Positions 34,123-42,251 of a DNA stretch of 64,000 nt are shown here, piece after piece (within the stretch, counting starts at the first letter, position 1; each line of letters begins with the position of its first letter). The stretch is from NCBI GenBank assembly GCA_965222225.1, contig CBDCTK010000002.1, forward strand, positions 1,632,001 through 1,696,000, read 5' to 3'. Origin of the DNA: Candidatus Poribacteria bacterium (GTDB lineage: Bacteria; Poribacteria; WGA-4E; JAJDTR01). The notes below the pieces were generated by a model. That model had not been told where the DNA came from. It saw only the letters and a program-made list of their open reading frames with translations, and ran no database searches. The position numbers and the translations under genes were made by a program.

Positions 34123-35171
34123 AAAAAATATCCCTCACCGCCTCTATGCTCCTCGTCATCTCCCTCGCCCGCGCCGAGTGGGAACCCCTTGTCGGTACGC
34201 GCGCCATGAAAACCGTGGACGCACTTGAAAGCGATGGCCGCCGCCTCTTCGCCGGGGGATCGTTGGAAGGACTGTATACCTCGGACGATAATGGTGACAC
34301 CTGGTGTACAACCCACCTGTCAGTCAACTACGCGCAAGCAATAGCTGTCAGCGGCGATGTGATATATGCATTCCTGTATAAGGATGGCATGTATCGCTCC
34401 GACGATTACGGGAAGACATGGCACCGGAAAAACATCGGGCTCCCCGAAACAAATGAGGATACCGGCCTAATTCCGTCCATTAACCAAATACTCCTCACCC
34501 GTTCCGGTATGGTCATCGCTGTGGGCGGCTTTGATGGGACGTACATATCCCGTGACCGAGGAGAGACATGGCACTTCCCGGCCGATTGGTCGTATCCCTG
34601 CCCCGCAGCGCCCGATCACGACCGTAGGATCAGCGATGACCTCGATTCCATGTTCGAGTACGACGGTTATTTGTGGGCAGCCGCGTGGTTCCAAGTATAC
34701 CGATCCCCCGACGACGGCTCTACATGGGAATGCGTGCCAGTATTGCCAAGGCTCGGCGAAGCCTACGACTGGGCAGTGCTCAACAATCAATTATACGTCG
34801 CTGGAGGACACGGCTTTGTACGGTGGAACGAAGGCGAACTCGCTTGGGACGATCTCAACAACGGGCTGCCGGATTACCCTGATTTGATCAGCCTTGCCAT
34901 TAACCGCGGCCGCATCTTTGCCGCAGTTAGGGCGTCATCCGTGATTAGACCCGGGGCTTATAGGACTGTCGCACACGGCGTGTACGTGTTCGATGAGCAA
35001 TCCGAAACCTGGTTTCCCGCAGGCCTAGACGGCGTGGCGGTATACTTGGTCGCATCCGATCAATCCTACCTCTATGCGTCTACGTACAAGGGCATCTACC
35101 GCGCGTCAATACCGATCGTGAATTCCTACGGCAAAACCGCTTCCACCTGGGGCGCCGTTAAACAAAAATGA
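34119..35171 (+). CDS. Secreted beta-propeller protein with TWG tail (2)
   Basis: ATGA overlap; MKKISLTASMLLVISLARA signal; Asp boxes; ends SYGKTASTWGAVKQK. Confidence 0.85.
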   Translation: MKKISLTASMLLVISLARAEWEPLVGTRAMKTVDALESDGRRLFAGGSLEGLYTSDDNGDTWCTTHLSVNYAQAIAVSGDVIYAFLYKDGMYRSDDYGKTWHRKNIGLPETNEDTGLIPSINQILLTRSGMVIAVGGFDGTYISRDRGETWHFPADWSYPCPAAPDHDRRISDDLDSMFEYDGYLWAAAWFQVYRSPDDGSTWECVPVLPRLGEAYDWAVLNNQLYVAGGHGFVRWNEGELAWDDLNNGLPDYPDLISLAINRGRIFAAVRASSVIRPGAYRTVAHGVYVFDEQSETWFPAGLDGVAVYLVASDQSYLYASTYKGIYRASIPIVNSYGKTASTWGAVKQK

Positions 35172-36292
35172 AATACCTAACCTTTATCGTCACCCTGTTA
35201 AGCCTTCTCATTGCCTCTGCTCTGCTGGTGATCGCCGTCAGGTCTTGCGCGCCAAACGCACATGCCGAAATTCGGGTGGAGTGGATTCCACTCCCCGGCA
35301 CGGAGGGCTGGCACGTGAACGCAATTGAAACCGATGGGCGCCGCCTTTACGCCGCGACGTGGGAGGGGGGCTACATCTCCCTTGATAACGGTAACACCTG
35401 GAGTTCAACCGAACCGCAACACGGTGTTAGTGCAATTGCAATCGATCGAAATAACCTCTATGCAGCGACGTTTCTCCGCGGCGTATTTCCCTCCGACAGT
35501 CACGGGGAGGCATGGGTTCCCATAAACACCGGCATCCGCATGTGGGAGCGCGACAACGGAGAGCGTGGATACCCAATCTTTTCGGATATACTCGTCACTA
35601 GCTCCGGCACCGTCATCGCTGTGGGGTACACCGGCGGCACGTATATATCCAACAACCGAGGCGAGACATGGCACAACGTCGCAGACGAATGGATACGACC
35701 CGGAAGAGACGGACCGCGCGGATTCCCGCCCCTCTACATAGCCCGCCGCATCCGTTCGATGACCGAGTTCGACGGCTATCTTTGGGTGGCCTATTCGAGC
35801 AGCCAGGCATTCCGTTCCCCTGACAACGGCGAAACGTGGGAAGGTCTTCCCTACTGGGCAGACGGCGGGAGCATTGCCGACTTCGGCACCATAGTCGACT
35901 GGGCGGTGCTCGACGATCGATTATATGTCGCCGGACACGAAGGCATTGGGCGATGGAACGAAGCCGAACAGCGCTGGGAGCTTCTCAACCGCGGGCTTCC
36001 GGTCCATAGGGGCGGCGGCATCGGCAGCTGGGATCTGGCGGTTAATCGCGGTCGTATCTTCGCCGCGCCTTTCCTATACGACCGCGGCGTGTGGCTGTTC
36101 GACCGGTCGTCCGAAACATGGGCGCCCGTACGCCCCCAAAACGCCGGACACATGTATTCGATCGCATCCCACGGATCCGATCTGTACGCCACCGGCGAAC
36201 TGGGTATCTACCGCGCTTGGATCCCCGCCGTTCAACCCTACGGCAAATTCGCTACAACCTGGGGCGCAATAAAAGGAAACCCTAAACCATGA
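35168..36292 (+). CDS. Secreted beta-propeller protein with TWG tail (3)
   Basis: ATGA overlap; signal peptide; Asp boxes; ends QPYGKFATTWGAIKGNPKP. Confidence 0.85.
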   Translation: MKYLTFIVTLLSLLIASALLVIAVRSCAPNAHAEIRVEWIPLPGTEGWHVNAIETDGRRLYAATWEGGYISLDNGNTWSSTEPQHGVSAIAIDRNNLYAATFLRGVFPSDSHGEAWVPINTGIRMWERDNGERGYPIFSDILVTSSGTVIAVGYTGGTYISNNRGETWHNVADEWIRPGRDGPRGFPPLYIARRIRSMTEFDGYLWVAYSSSQAFRSPDNGETWEGLPYWADGGSIADFGTIVDWAVLDDRLYVAGHEGIGRWNEAEQRWELLNRGLPVHRGGGIGSWDLAVNRGRIFAAPFLYDRGVWLFDRSSETWAPVRPQNAGHMYSIASHGSDLYATGELGIYRAWIPAVQPYGKFATTWGAIKGNPKP

Positions 36293-36711
36293 CACGAACC
36301 CTCACCCTACTCATCTGCCTCACCCTTCTCGCCTGCAGTGAAACGCCCCAGCGGGACGAACCCACCACCGGCGCCTACATCGTGAGCATCAACCCGCCTA
36401 TACTCGACGAAGGCCGTCCCGCCGAAGAGAAAATCAACGTCGGCGAGTTGACCGATGAAGGCTGGCAACCCATCACCATCACCTTCTCCGATATACCTAA
36501 AGACCTTGACGTGCATCACGCGTACTGGAGGGTGTCTGAATGGGTGTTGAAAGGCCGAGTCCTCACTATAAGAACATTTTGCGACTACCGGTGGTATCCG
36601 GGGTCGGAGAACGTCTATTGTCGTCTCGTGGGATGCAGGCTACAAGTACTTAAACTATTGGTGCCCGGACGAATAACAATAAAGTGGACGAGCGGCAGGA
36701 AGAAAGGATAA
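36289..36711 (+). CDS. Putative lipoprotein, 3' end possibly damaged
   Basis: ATGA overlap; lipobox LLAC; overlaps the convergent gene by 57 nt. Confidence 0.65.
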   Translation: MTRTLTLLICLTLLACSETPQRDEPTTGAYIVSINPPILDEGRPAEEKINVGELTDEGWQPITITFSDIPKDLDVHHAYWRVSEWVLKGRVLTIRTFCDYRWYPGSENVYCRLVGCRLQVLKLLVPGRITIKWTSGRKKG

Positions 36712-36963
36712 AACAACCGCCGTCGCAATGGCTATCCCAAGATACCGGAGCATGGTCAACTCGCCCTTCATCTTCTGATTTTCCGATTCAAGGAAACTGA
36801 TCCGTTCTTCAGATTTTCCTAGCCGGTTACAGATATTATCAACGCGCACCACCAGATGCTTAATGTCCGTTCGCGTCTCGGTCACCTGCTGAATCAAAAT
36901 GTCGAGTTTGTTGTCAAGATCGCGCACCCACTGCTTTGGGCCGCCGTCAGATTCGCCGTTCAT
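36655..36963 (-). CDS. Coiled-coil + C-terminal TM protein (XhlA/holin-like)
   Basis: KQWVR...KGELTML + hydrophobic helix; paralog of 39027-39317. Confidence 0.7.
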   Translation of the reverse strand: MNGESDGGPKQWVRDLDNKLDILIQQVTETRTDIKHLVVRVDNICNRLGKSEERISFLESENQKMKGELTMLRYLGIAIATAVVLSFLPAARPLYCYSSGHQ

Positions 36964-37149
36964 GAAAATACCCTCTTAATAAAAGCCCATAACCGACGCC
37001 ACCAGCTGGCATGTCAGAAAAGTCTCCTTACTTGTTCTTCATTTACTGAACCCTTCGTAACATGAGACTGATTCTCAGTGGACAGGCAATAGAATACATC
37101 GCCGCGCCAGCAAAAATCACCATGCCGCTAATCGCTCCCGAAAGAAAGC

Positions 37150-37188
37150 ATAAAAATAGCCCGCAGCCGAATATGACCGCGGGCTATT
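37150..37188 (-). terminator. Intrinsic terminator after family X copy 2
   Basis: Minus strand aatagcccgc-N-gcgggctatt hairpin followed by a T tract. Confidence 0.7.
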
Positions 37189-37210
37189 GTCGTCATACCT
37201 AAGACATCCT

Positions 37211-37666
37211 CTAAAGGACAGTGTCATCCGTTTCGCGAGCTTCAATAGCATTGCCAAGCCCCTGGCCACCATCTGGGCGCAGCGCCGTATAGCACTCCAA
37301 CAGATAGATTTTGCCGTCTTGACCCGTGTAATCCATCTGGCGGAAGGGATTCCAACCGTGCACGCGTTCCTGGTCCACGTGGGTCCATACCCGCATAGGT
37401 TCGCCCGCATCACGCGCCGGTATTGTCAACGTTCCACTTAACGTCCGGTGGACGTTAATATCGACGTTAACCCCGTTCACCACCTCATGCAACTTATGAG
37501 CGTACTCGATAGTAAAATCCAGATCCTCGTCCGTTAAATTGCGCAGTTCGAACGAATGGGTTGATTGGGATACAAGCAAGTTGTTGTCGTGAGGTACGAG
37601 GCTCACGTTCTTCACTTCAACCCAACTGCCTCGCCATTTGTCATTTCCTGTCTGAGTTACTCGCAT
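37211..37666 (-). CDS. Unknown family X copy 2 (intact, 151 aa)
   Basis: AAAGGAG RBS; W.GS.E...S.S.H.F...N...EY.H.L pattern shared with 31663-32129. Confidence 0.8.
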   Translation of the reverse strand: MRVTQTGNDKWRGSWVEVKNVSLVPHDNNLLVSQSTHSFELRNLTDEDLDFTIEYAHKLHEVVNGVNVDINVHRTLSGTLTIPARDAGEPMRVWTHVDQERVHGWNPFRQMDYTGQDGKIYLLECYTALRPDGGQGLGNAIEARETDDTVL

Positions 37667-37686
37667 TGTTAATCTCCTTTGTATTG

Positions 37687-38241
37687 TTACCTCGGCCACT
37701 CGGCCGCTACCTCCGCCAACAGATCGAGCGGATCGCCATCATACCGAGTAAAATGCAGGGTAAAGCGATTGGCTCTGAGAGCCAAGGTATCACCCTTCAA
37801 ATAATATCGACCGACGACCGAGTCCAAACACCCGAATCGACCGCCCGACATCATAAATTGACCGTCATCGGTAAACAGATAGTCGCCGATGACAAACTGT
37901 TCTACACGCGGCTCCCAACGACTCTGCCACTCGCGTACGATAAGCCATGAATTCCATCGTCCGCGAGCACCAAAATGAATAATAATACGTCCTATTGGGG
38001 AACTGTGTCGCATCCGCAATAAGTCGTTAAAAATGAAAAACCCCGGTCTTTCATCGGACGGCAGAAAACGCGTTACCCAATAAGGCCCTTGAATGGCTTT
38101 CTCTATTGGCTGTCCGTCATTCAACGGGGCGAAGCGCAGATTTAAATCATCGTCTGCTTCATTATTGGACACTGTTTCCGAACACGCCGCGAGAATTACA
38201 GCAAAACACAGCACGATAAGGCGCATAAATGTCGCTAGCAT
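37687..38241 (-). CDS. Putative lipoprotein
   Basis: GGAGG RBS; lipobox LAAC; mature N-terminus CSET as in 36289-36711. Confidence 0.7.
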   Translation of the reverse strand: MLATFMRLIVLCFAVILAACSETVSNNEADDDLNLRFAPLNDGQPIEKAIQGPYWVTRFLPSDERPGFFIFNDLLRMRHSSPIGRIIIHFGARGRWNSWLIVREWQSRWEPRVEQFVIGDYLFTDDGQFMMSGGRFGCLDSVVGRYYLKGDTLALRANRFTLHFTRYDGDPLDLLAEVAAEWPR

Positions 38242-38667
38242 GGTAGTTATCCTCCATATAGAAGTTAAGTGTCGGGACACCCGACCGGTATTCCGACAAT
38301 ATCCATCCTAGCCTTATGCAATAATGGAGCCATCAGCTGTTACCAATCGTCGTTCGGATCTAGCATTGATGAATCTCCTTTTGTTAAGAGTTAAAGTGAG
38401 GGCTGCTTAATGGCGAGCCCCCGAAGCCACCCGTTGGGACTACCCAACGAAGTTAAACGTCTTCAGCCTCAGCTTTGGCTTTAGCCTCTGTCTCAAGCCA
38501 CGCAGCCTTCGCCCACCGCGTCTCCGGCATCGGGATCGCCAAACTGGACCTCAGCTCGACTTTGTACAAAAGTACAATGGTTGGGTTGTAACGAGAGCCG
38601 TACAACACCAAACCCGTACGCGGGGATCAAATGAGCGGATAGCGAGTGCGATAGAGTTCCCATCTCA

Positions 38668-38821
38668 CTTTTCTCGAACGCTTGATTACCACCGTCTGTT
38701 ATACTTCTTAAATGTACAACGTCAAGCTAAGTAGATTAATGTGTGATTCAATTTGAAACCATCACTTCGGAAGTATCAACTACTACCAAAATGAACTATA
38801 CATATATTAAGTTGTCAACCT
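38668..38821 (+). repeat. Non-coding leader blocks A+B, copy 2 (contiguous)
   Basis: Matches 31275-31337 and 32523-32624. Confidence 0.88.
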
Positions 38822-39026
38822 AAAAATTATCAAAAATACAAAAAACTTTCATAGTGACTATGATTTGCTATCAGGATCTTCTATCACACTCATTATTCAC
38901 TCGCGTGATACCTCCCTATCTGGACGGTTGATAGGCTTGTATTGTCAAGTCCCAGCCGTGAACGACGAAGTCGCCTGTAATGCCGTCGGGCTCCGGGACA
39001 TTGTGGAAGCACGTCTATTCTTTTTA

Positions 39027-39317
39027 TCAACCACCTTTTACTGTCATAACAATCGGAACCGCTACCGCCGCAACTACGCCAATCCCGGACAAAATCCACT
39101 TGAGCATCGTGAGTTCCCCCTTGTGCTTTTGGATTTCGTCCTCGACCGCTTTAATCCGATTGTCCTGATTTGCCAACTTTTCGCACTGGGCATCAATACG
39201 CTTGGCTGTGTAGTCGAGATGGACTTCCATCTTGTGCATGAATTCAAGAATATTATCCACCTTCTTATCTATCTCGCGTACCCATTGCTTTAAGCCAACA
39301 TCTTTTTCCTCGGTCAT
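39027..39317 (-). CDS. Coiled-coil + C-terminal TM protein (XhlA/holin-like)
   Basis: KQWVREIDKKVD...KGELTMLKWILSGIGVVAAVAVPIV. Confidence 0.75.
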   Translation of the reverse strand: MTEEKDVGLKQWVREIDKKVDNILEFMHKMEVHLDYTAKRIDAQCEKLANQDNRIKAVEDEIQKHKGELTMLKWILSGIGVVAAVAVPIVMTVKGG

Positions 39318-39524
39318 GATTCAATGACTCCAATATTATCCTGCAAGCGGGCGCCTCCCTCTTTGAGTGTATGTGTTGCCACTCCACAACGGACTGGCGA
39401 CACGGAAACATATTGTCCTTCCGTAGGCTGTTGCGACAAACTATCTAAATTATCTATTGCCTCTTTCTCCTGTCGAAATCTCGGAAGCATCAAATTTCTA
39501 TCGCCGCCGGTTAATTCCTTGCTA

Positions 39525-39850
39525 AAATATACCCCACATATATTAAGTTATCAATCTGGAAATTTTATTGTACATTAACCTAGAAAAACAGAACCACTTG
39601 ACCCGAAACCAATCAAAAGGAGTCATCCTCGCACTGGCAACCGTGACACTCCTCCCACTCCGGAGAAACTGTAAGACACAAGCACTGTTGCGAGAACTGC
39701 CAATGCCCCTCTTGCACAAAAAATGAACATTGGCGTTCACTTGTTGGATACAAAAACACGAAACGCCTTGACACATCGGGAGCGAGTTTGATATCATTCG
39801 TGGGATACTGCCGAGTCAAGGCGACTTATGGGCGTGGCACAAAACTTGCT
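39525..39850 (+). repeat. Non-coding leader block C, copy 2
   Basis: Colinear with 32592-32932 apart from an 11-nt indel and a few small ones. Confidence 0.9.
39835..39850 (+). promoter_or_regulatory. Sigma-54 promoter of beta-propeller operon 2
   Basis: TGGCACAAAACTTGCT identical to 32917-32932; a mis-spaced echo (aggcacaaaaacttgc) follows near 39863. Confidence 0.75.
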
Positions 39851-40115
39851 CCATTAGAAGTTAGGCACAAAAACTTGCCTTTCACGGAAGGTGATCCAAC
39901 CATGTGCTCTCGGCGCTTAATGCGAACCGCTTTCAATGTCTTAGTACGGTCGTTGGCTCAAGCGCATTCTATGCGGGACGACTATTCGACCTCCAAGAGA
40001 CGAGCCGCGCGTCCGAGTGTTAGGTGAAGATTGCGAACTGCAGACTTACATAGTCAGATCGACCCAACCCTATATTTTAAAGAGCTACTCTACGAGATAC
40101 ACTTCCGTTAGAACA

Positions 40116-41180
40116 ATGCGAAAACGAGAAAGAACCAACCCCTTCCTCGCGTTACTAATCGTCCTCGTCGTCTGCGCCCCGGACGCCCCCGCCGAGTGGG
40201 AACACATCGCCGACAAAGAGCAGACGGGACACATATACAGGCTTGAAAGCGATGGCCGGCGGCTCTACGCCACCAGCAAGGAGTATGGCGTCTCCAAATC
40301 CCTCGATAACGGTTACACCTGGCGTCGAACCCCACTCAAGCACAGTGGGGAACTTGCAATCAGCGACGACGCCGTATATGTGGGCACCTGGCGACACGGC
40401 TTGTTCCGCTCAGACGATCACGCCAACACCTGGACAGCCAAAAACAACGGCATGCCCGCATATAAAGTGACCGAACGCACCCCATCCGAAACCTATCCAG
40501 ACATTTGGGACATACATATTACAAACTCCGGTACCGTCATCGTTGCGAGGTACCAACTCGGCACGTATATATCCAACAACCGAGGGGAGACATGGCACGA
40601 CGTATCAGACAAATGGTATTGCCACCACGACAAATTAGGGGCATTGGAAGTCGCCAGTAGCCTCGTGTCAATGACCGAATTCGACGGCTATCTTTGGGTT
40701 GCCCAGAACCAGGGCGCTAACCTGTTTCGTTCCCCTGATAACGGGAAAACGTGGGAATGGATTCCCAACGGCATACCCGGCGTTCTATTCGAGTACGGCG
40801 ACCCAAACGACTGGGCAGTGCTTGACGATCGATTGTACATCGCCGGCGACAGAGACGGAAAAGGCATTGGAAGATGGAACGAAGCGGGGCTCATTTGGGA
40901 CAATCTAAGTGACGGGCTCCCGCGACAGCCGATATCTAGCCTGGCCGTTTACCGGAGGCGTCTCTTTGCCGGAGTTACTAAGCACGGTGTGTTCATGTTC
41001 AATCAGCGATCCGAGACGTGGAGTTACGCCGGTCTGTTCGGCTTAACCCCTACCGCGCTCGTATCCCATCAATCCGCCCTTTACGCCGGAACGTACGAAG
41101 GCATCTACCGTGGTTCCATCCCAATCATCCAGCGCTACGGCAAACTCGCCGTCACGTGGGGCGCCGTTAAAACAGAATGA
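40116..41180 (+). CDS. Secreted beta-propeller protein with TWG tail (4)
   Basis: Signal peptide ...APDAPA-EW; Asp boxes; SMTEFDGYLW; ends QRYGKLAVTWGAVKTE. Confidence 0.85.
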   Translation: MRKRERTNPFLALLIVLVVCAPDAPAEWEHIADKEQTGHIYRLESDGRRLYATSKEYGVSKSLDNGYTWRRTPLKHSGELAISDDAVYVGTWRHGLFRSDDHANTWTAKNNGMPAYKVTERTPSETYPDIWDIHITNSGTVIVARYQLGTYISNNRGETWHDVSDKWYCHHDKLGALEVASSLVSMTEFDGYLWVAQNQGANLFRSPDNGKTWEWIPNGIPGVLFEYGDPNDWAVLDDRLYIAGDRDGKGIGRWNEAGLIWDNLSDGLPRQPISSLAVYRRRLFAGVTKHGVFMFNQRSETWSYAGLFGLTPTALVSHQSALYAGTYEGIYRGSIPIIQRYGKLAVTWGAVKTE

Positions 41181-41335
41181 AAACCCTAACCCTTATCGTC
41201 ATTATCCTCATCAGTGGCGCCCTAGACGCCCGAGCCGAGTGGGAATACAACCCCAGCAGGGAGGAAATGGGAACAATATACACACTAACACAGAGCACCC
41301 CGTGTACCGAGAATATTTGCGCACCATCTACGACA
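41177..41335 (+). pseudogene. 5' fragment of a fifth beta-propeller paralog
   Basis: ATGA overlap; MKTLTLIVIILISGALDARA-EWEY...MGTIYTL, then similarity stops. Confidence 0.7.
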
Positions 41336-41521
41336 TCCGGCGATCTCCTTCTTATTTTCCGTCACATCCCGCCGGATTTCATCAACCTCCCGCGCCAACT
41401 CCTTATAGTTTCCCATAGTCTCCTCTTTGATGTTGGCAATCTACGCCCGTATCCCCGAACTTAACGCAGCGAACTTCTTGTCGATTTTATGGATTGCCTC
41501 AAGAATTTCCTTGCCTTCCAT
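41335..41521 (-). pseudogene. Coiled-coil protein remnant (probable third XhlA-like copy)
   Basis: TAATG-coupled to the upstream gene; MEGKEILEAIHKIDKKFAALSSGIRA*IANIKEE...VDEIRRDVTENKKEIA, TM end missing. Confidence 0.5.
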
Positions 41522-41901
41522 TACGCAAACATCACCACCCCGCTCCGAGCATCATCATAGCCAAGACCGCGAACCACGACCCCGTCAGTTTGAGGCTCAA
41601 AGGTGAGCAAGTCGAGCCTCCCACCGTCGTCCGATAAAACACAGTTATAGGCGTGGCGAGCACTGACATCAATAACGATACCGATGCCGTTAATGTCCCA
41701 GCGCTGCGCCACATCGCCTGCCAAGCAGACCGCGAAGTTGTCGTAATCGCAATGCTCCGATATATAATGCTCGAGGTCTACCAGATAGTAAGCGAGGATC
41801 TGCTCCCACACCTTCCGCGACAACCCCTGGAACCGAGAATCCAATGCCCACAGCCCCAGATTGCGCAGCGCAGAGAACTGGTGCGCCCGGCCGTAAAACA
41901 A
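41521..41901 (-). CDS. Lectin-MOA/Agglutinin_C-like papain-fold domain, probably inactive and 5'-truncated
   Basis: YISEHCDYDNFA (cf. Y..E.FDCDDFA), HAYN, FEPQTD. Confidence 0.65.
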   Translation of the reverse strand: MFYGRAHQFSALRNLGLWALDSRFQGLSRKVWEQILAYYLVDLEHYISEHCDYDNFAVCLAGDVAQRWDINGIGIVIDVSARHAYNCVLSDDGGRLDLLTFEPQTDGVVVRGLGYDDARSGVVMFA

Positions 41902-41926
41902 CGTGCCTACACAGACCTTATTATGG

Positions 41927-42187
41927 CTAGGGCACCGTACATATGTCCTCAGCCTCGGATCTTATAGTTGTCGTACCCTGCACTTTGACTAGAGTGTAGG
42001 CGCGTACCCTATACCTGTCGCCCGATTGCCCCCTGATGTCAACCGACCGACGAGTATTCCAACCCTTATCAGACTCCATGTCGTCGGAGTCGTACCAACC
42101 GGCATTTTCGATAGTAACGTCACCAGCATTCCAATCGTCGGCGTTTGGCAGAGTGTCGTGTTCAACGTCATTCGTCCAGCCTCTGAC
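41927..42187 (-). pseudogene. Unknown family X copy 3 (C-terminal half, not in ORF track)
   Basis: [18 protein letters not shown]...[32 protein letters not shown]...EAEDICTVP* aligns with copy 1. Confidence 0.75.
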
Positions 42188-42251
42188 TCAGCATCCTCAA
42201 ATCCTATCTCACATACCCTTAAAAAGTAAACCATTTGGAGCACACTTAGCC

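Noticed and set aside
38340-38380. RBS + 8-codon ORF MLDPNDDW as a signalling peptide
   Set aside because: The frame continues 24 codons past the TAA, more like a small gene with a nonsense mutation
38800-38821. 22-bp junction repeat as a Xer dif/pdif site
   Set aside because: Only partial likeness to the XerD arm and no XerC arm
32623-39819. Cys/Trp-rich minus-strand ORFs in block C (32623-32850, 39613-39819) as a conserved peptide
   Set aside because: Indels change frame, start and stop between the copies; the similarity follows from DNA conservation
31270-42190. Array as an integron, shufflon or diversity-generating retroelement
   Set aside because: No integrase, invertase or reverse transcriptase in the window; no attC-like sites seen; paralog differences are not adenine-specific
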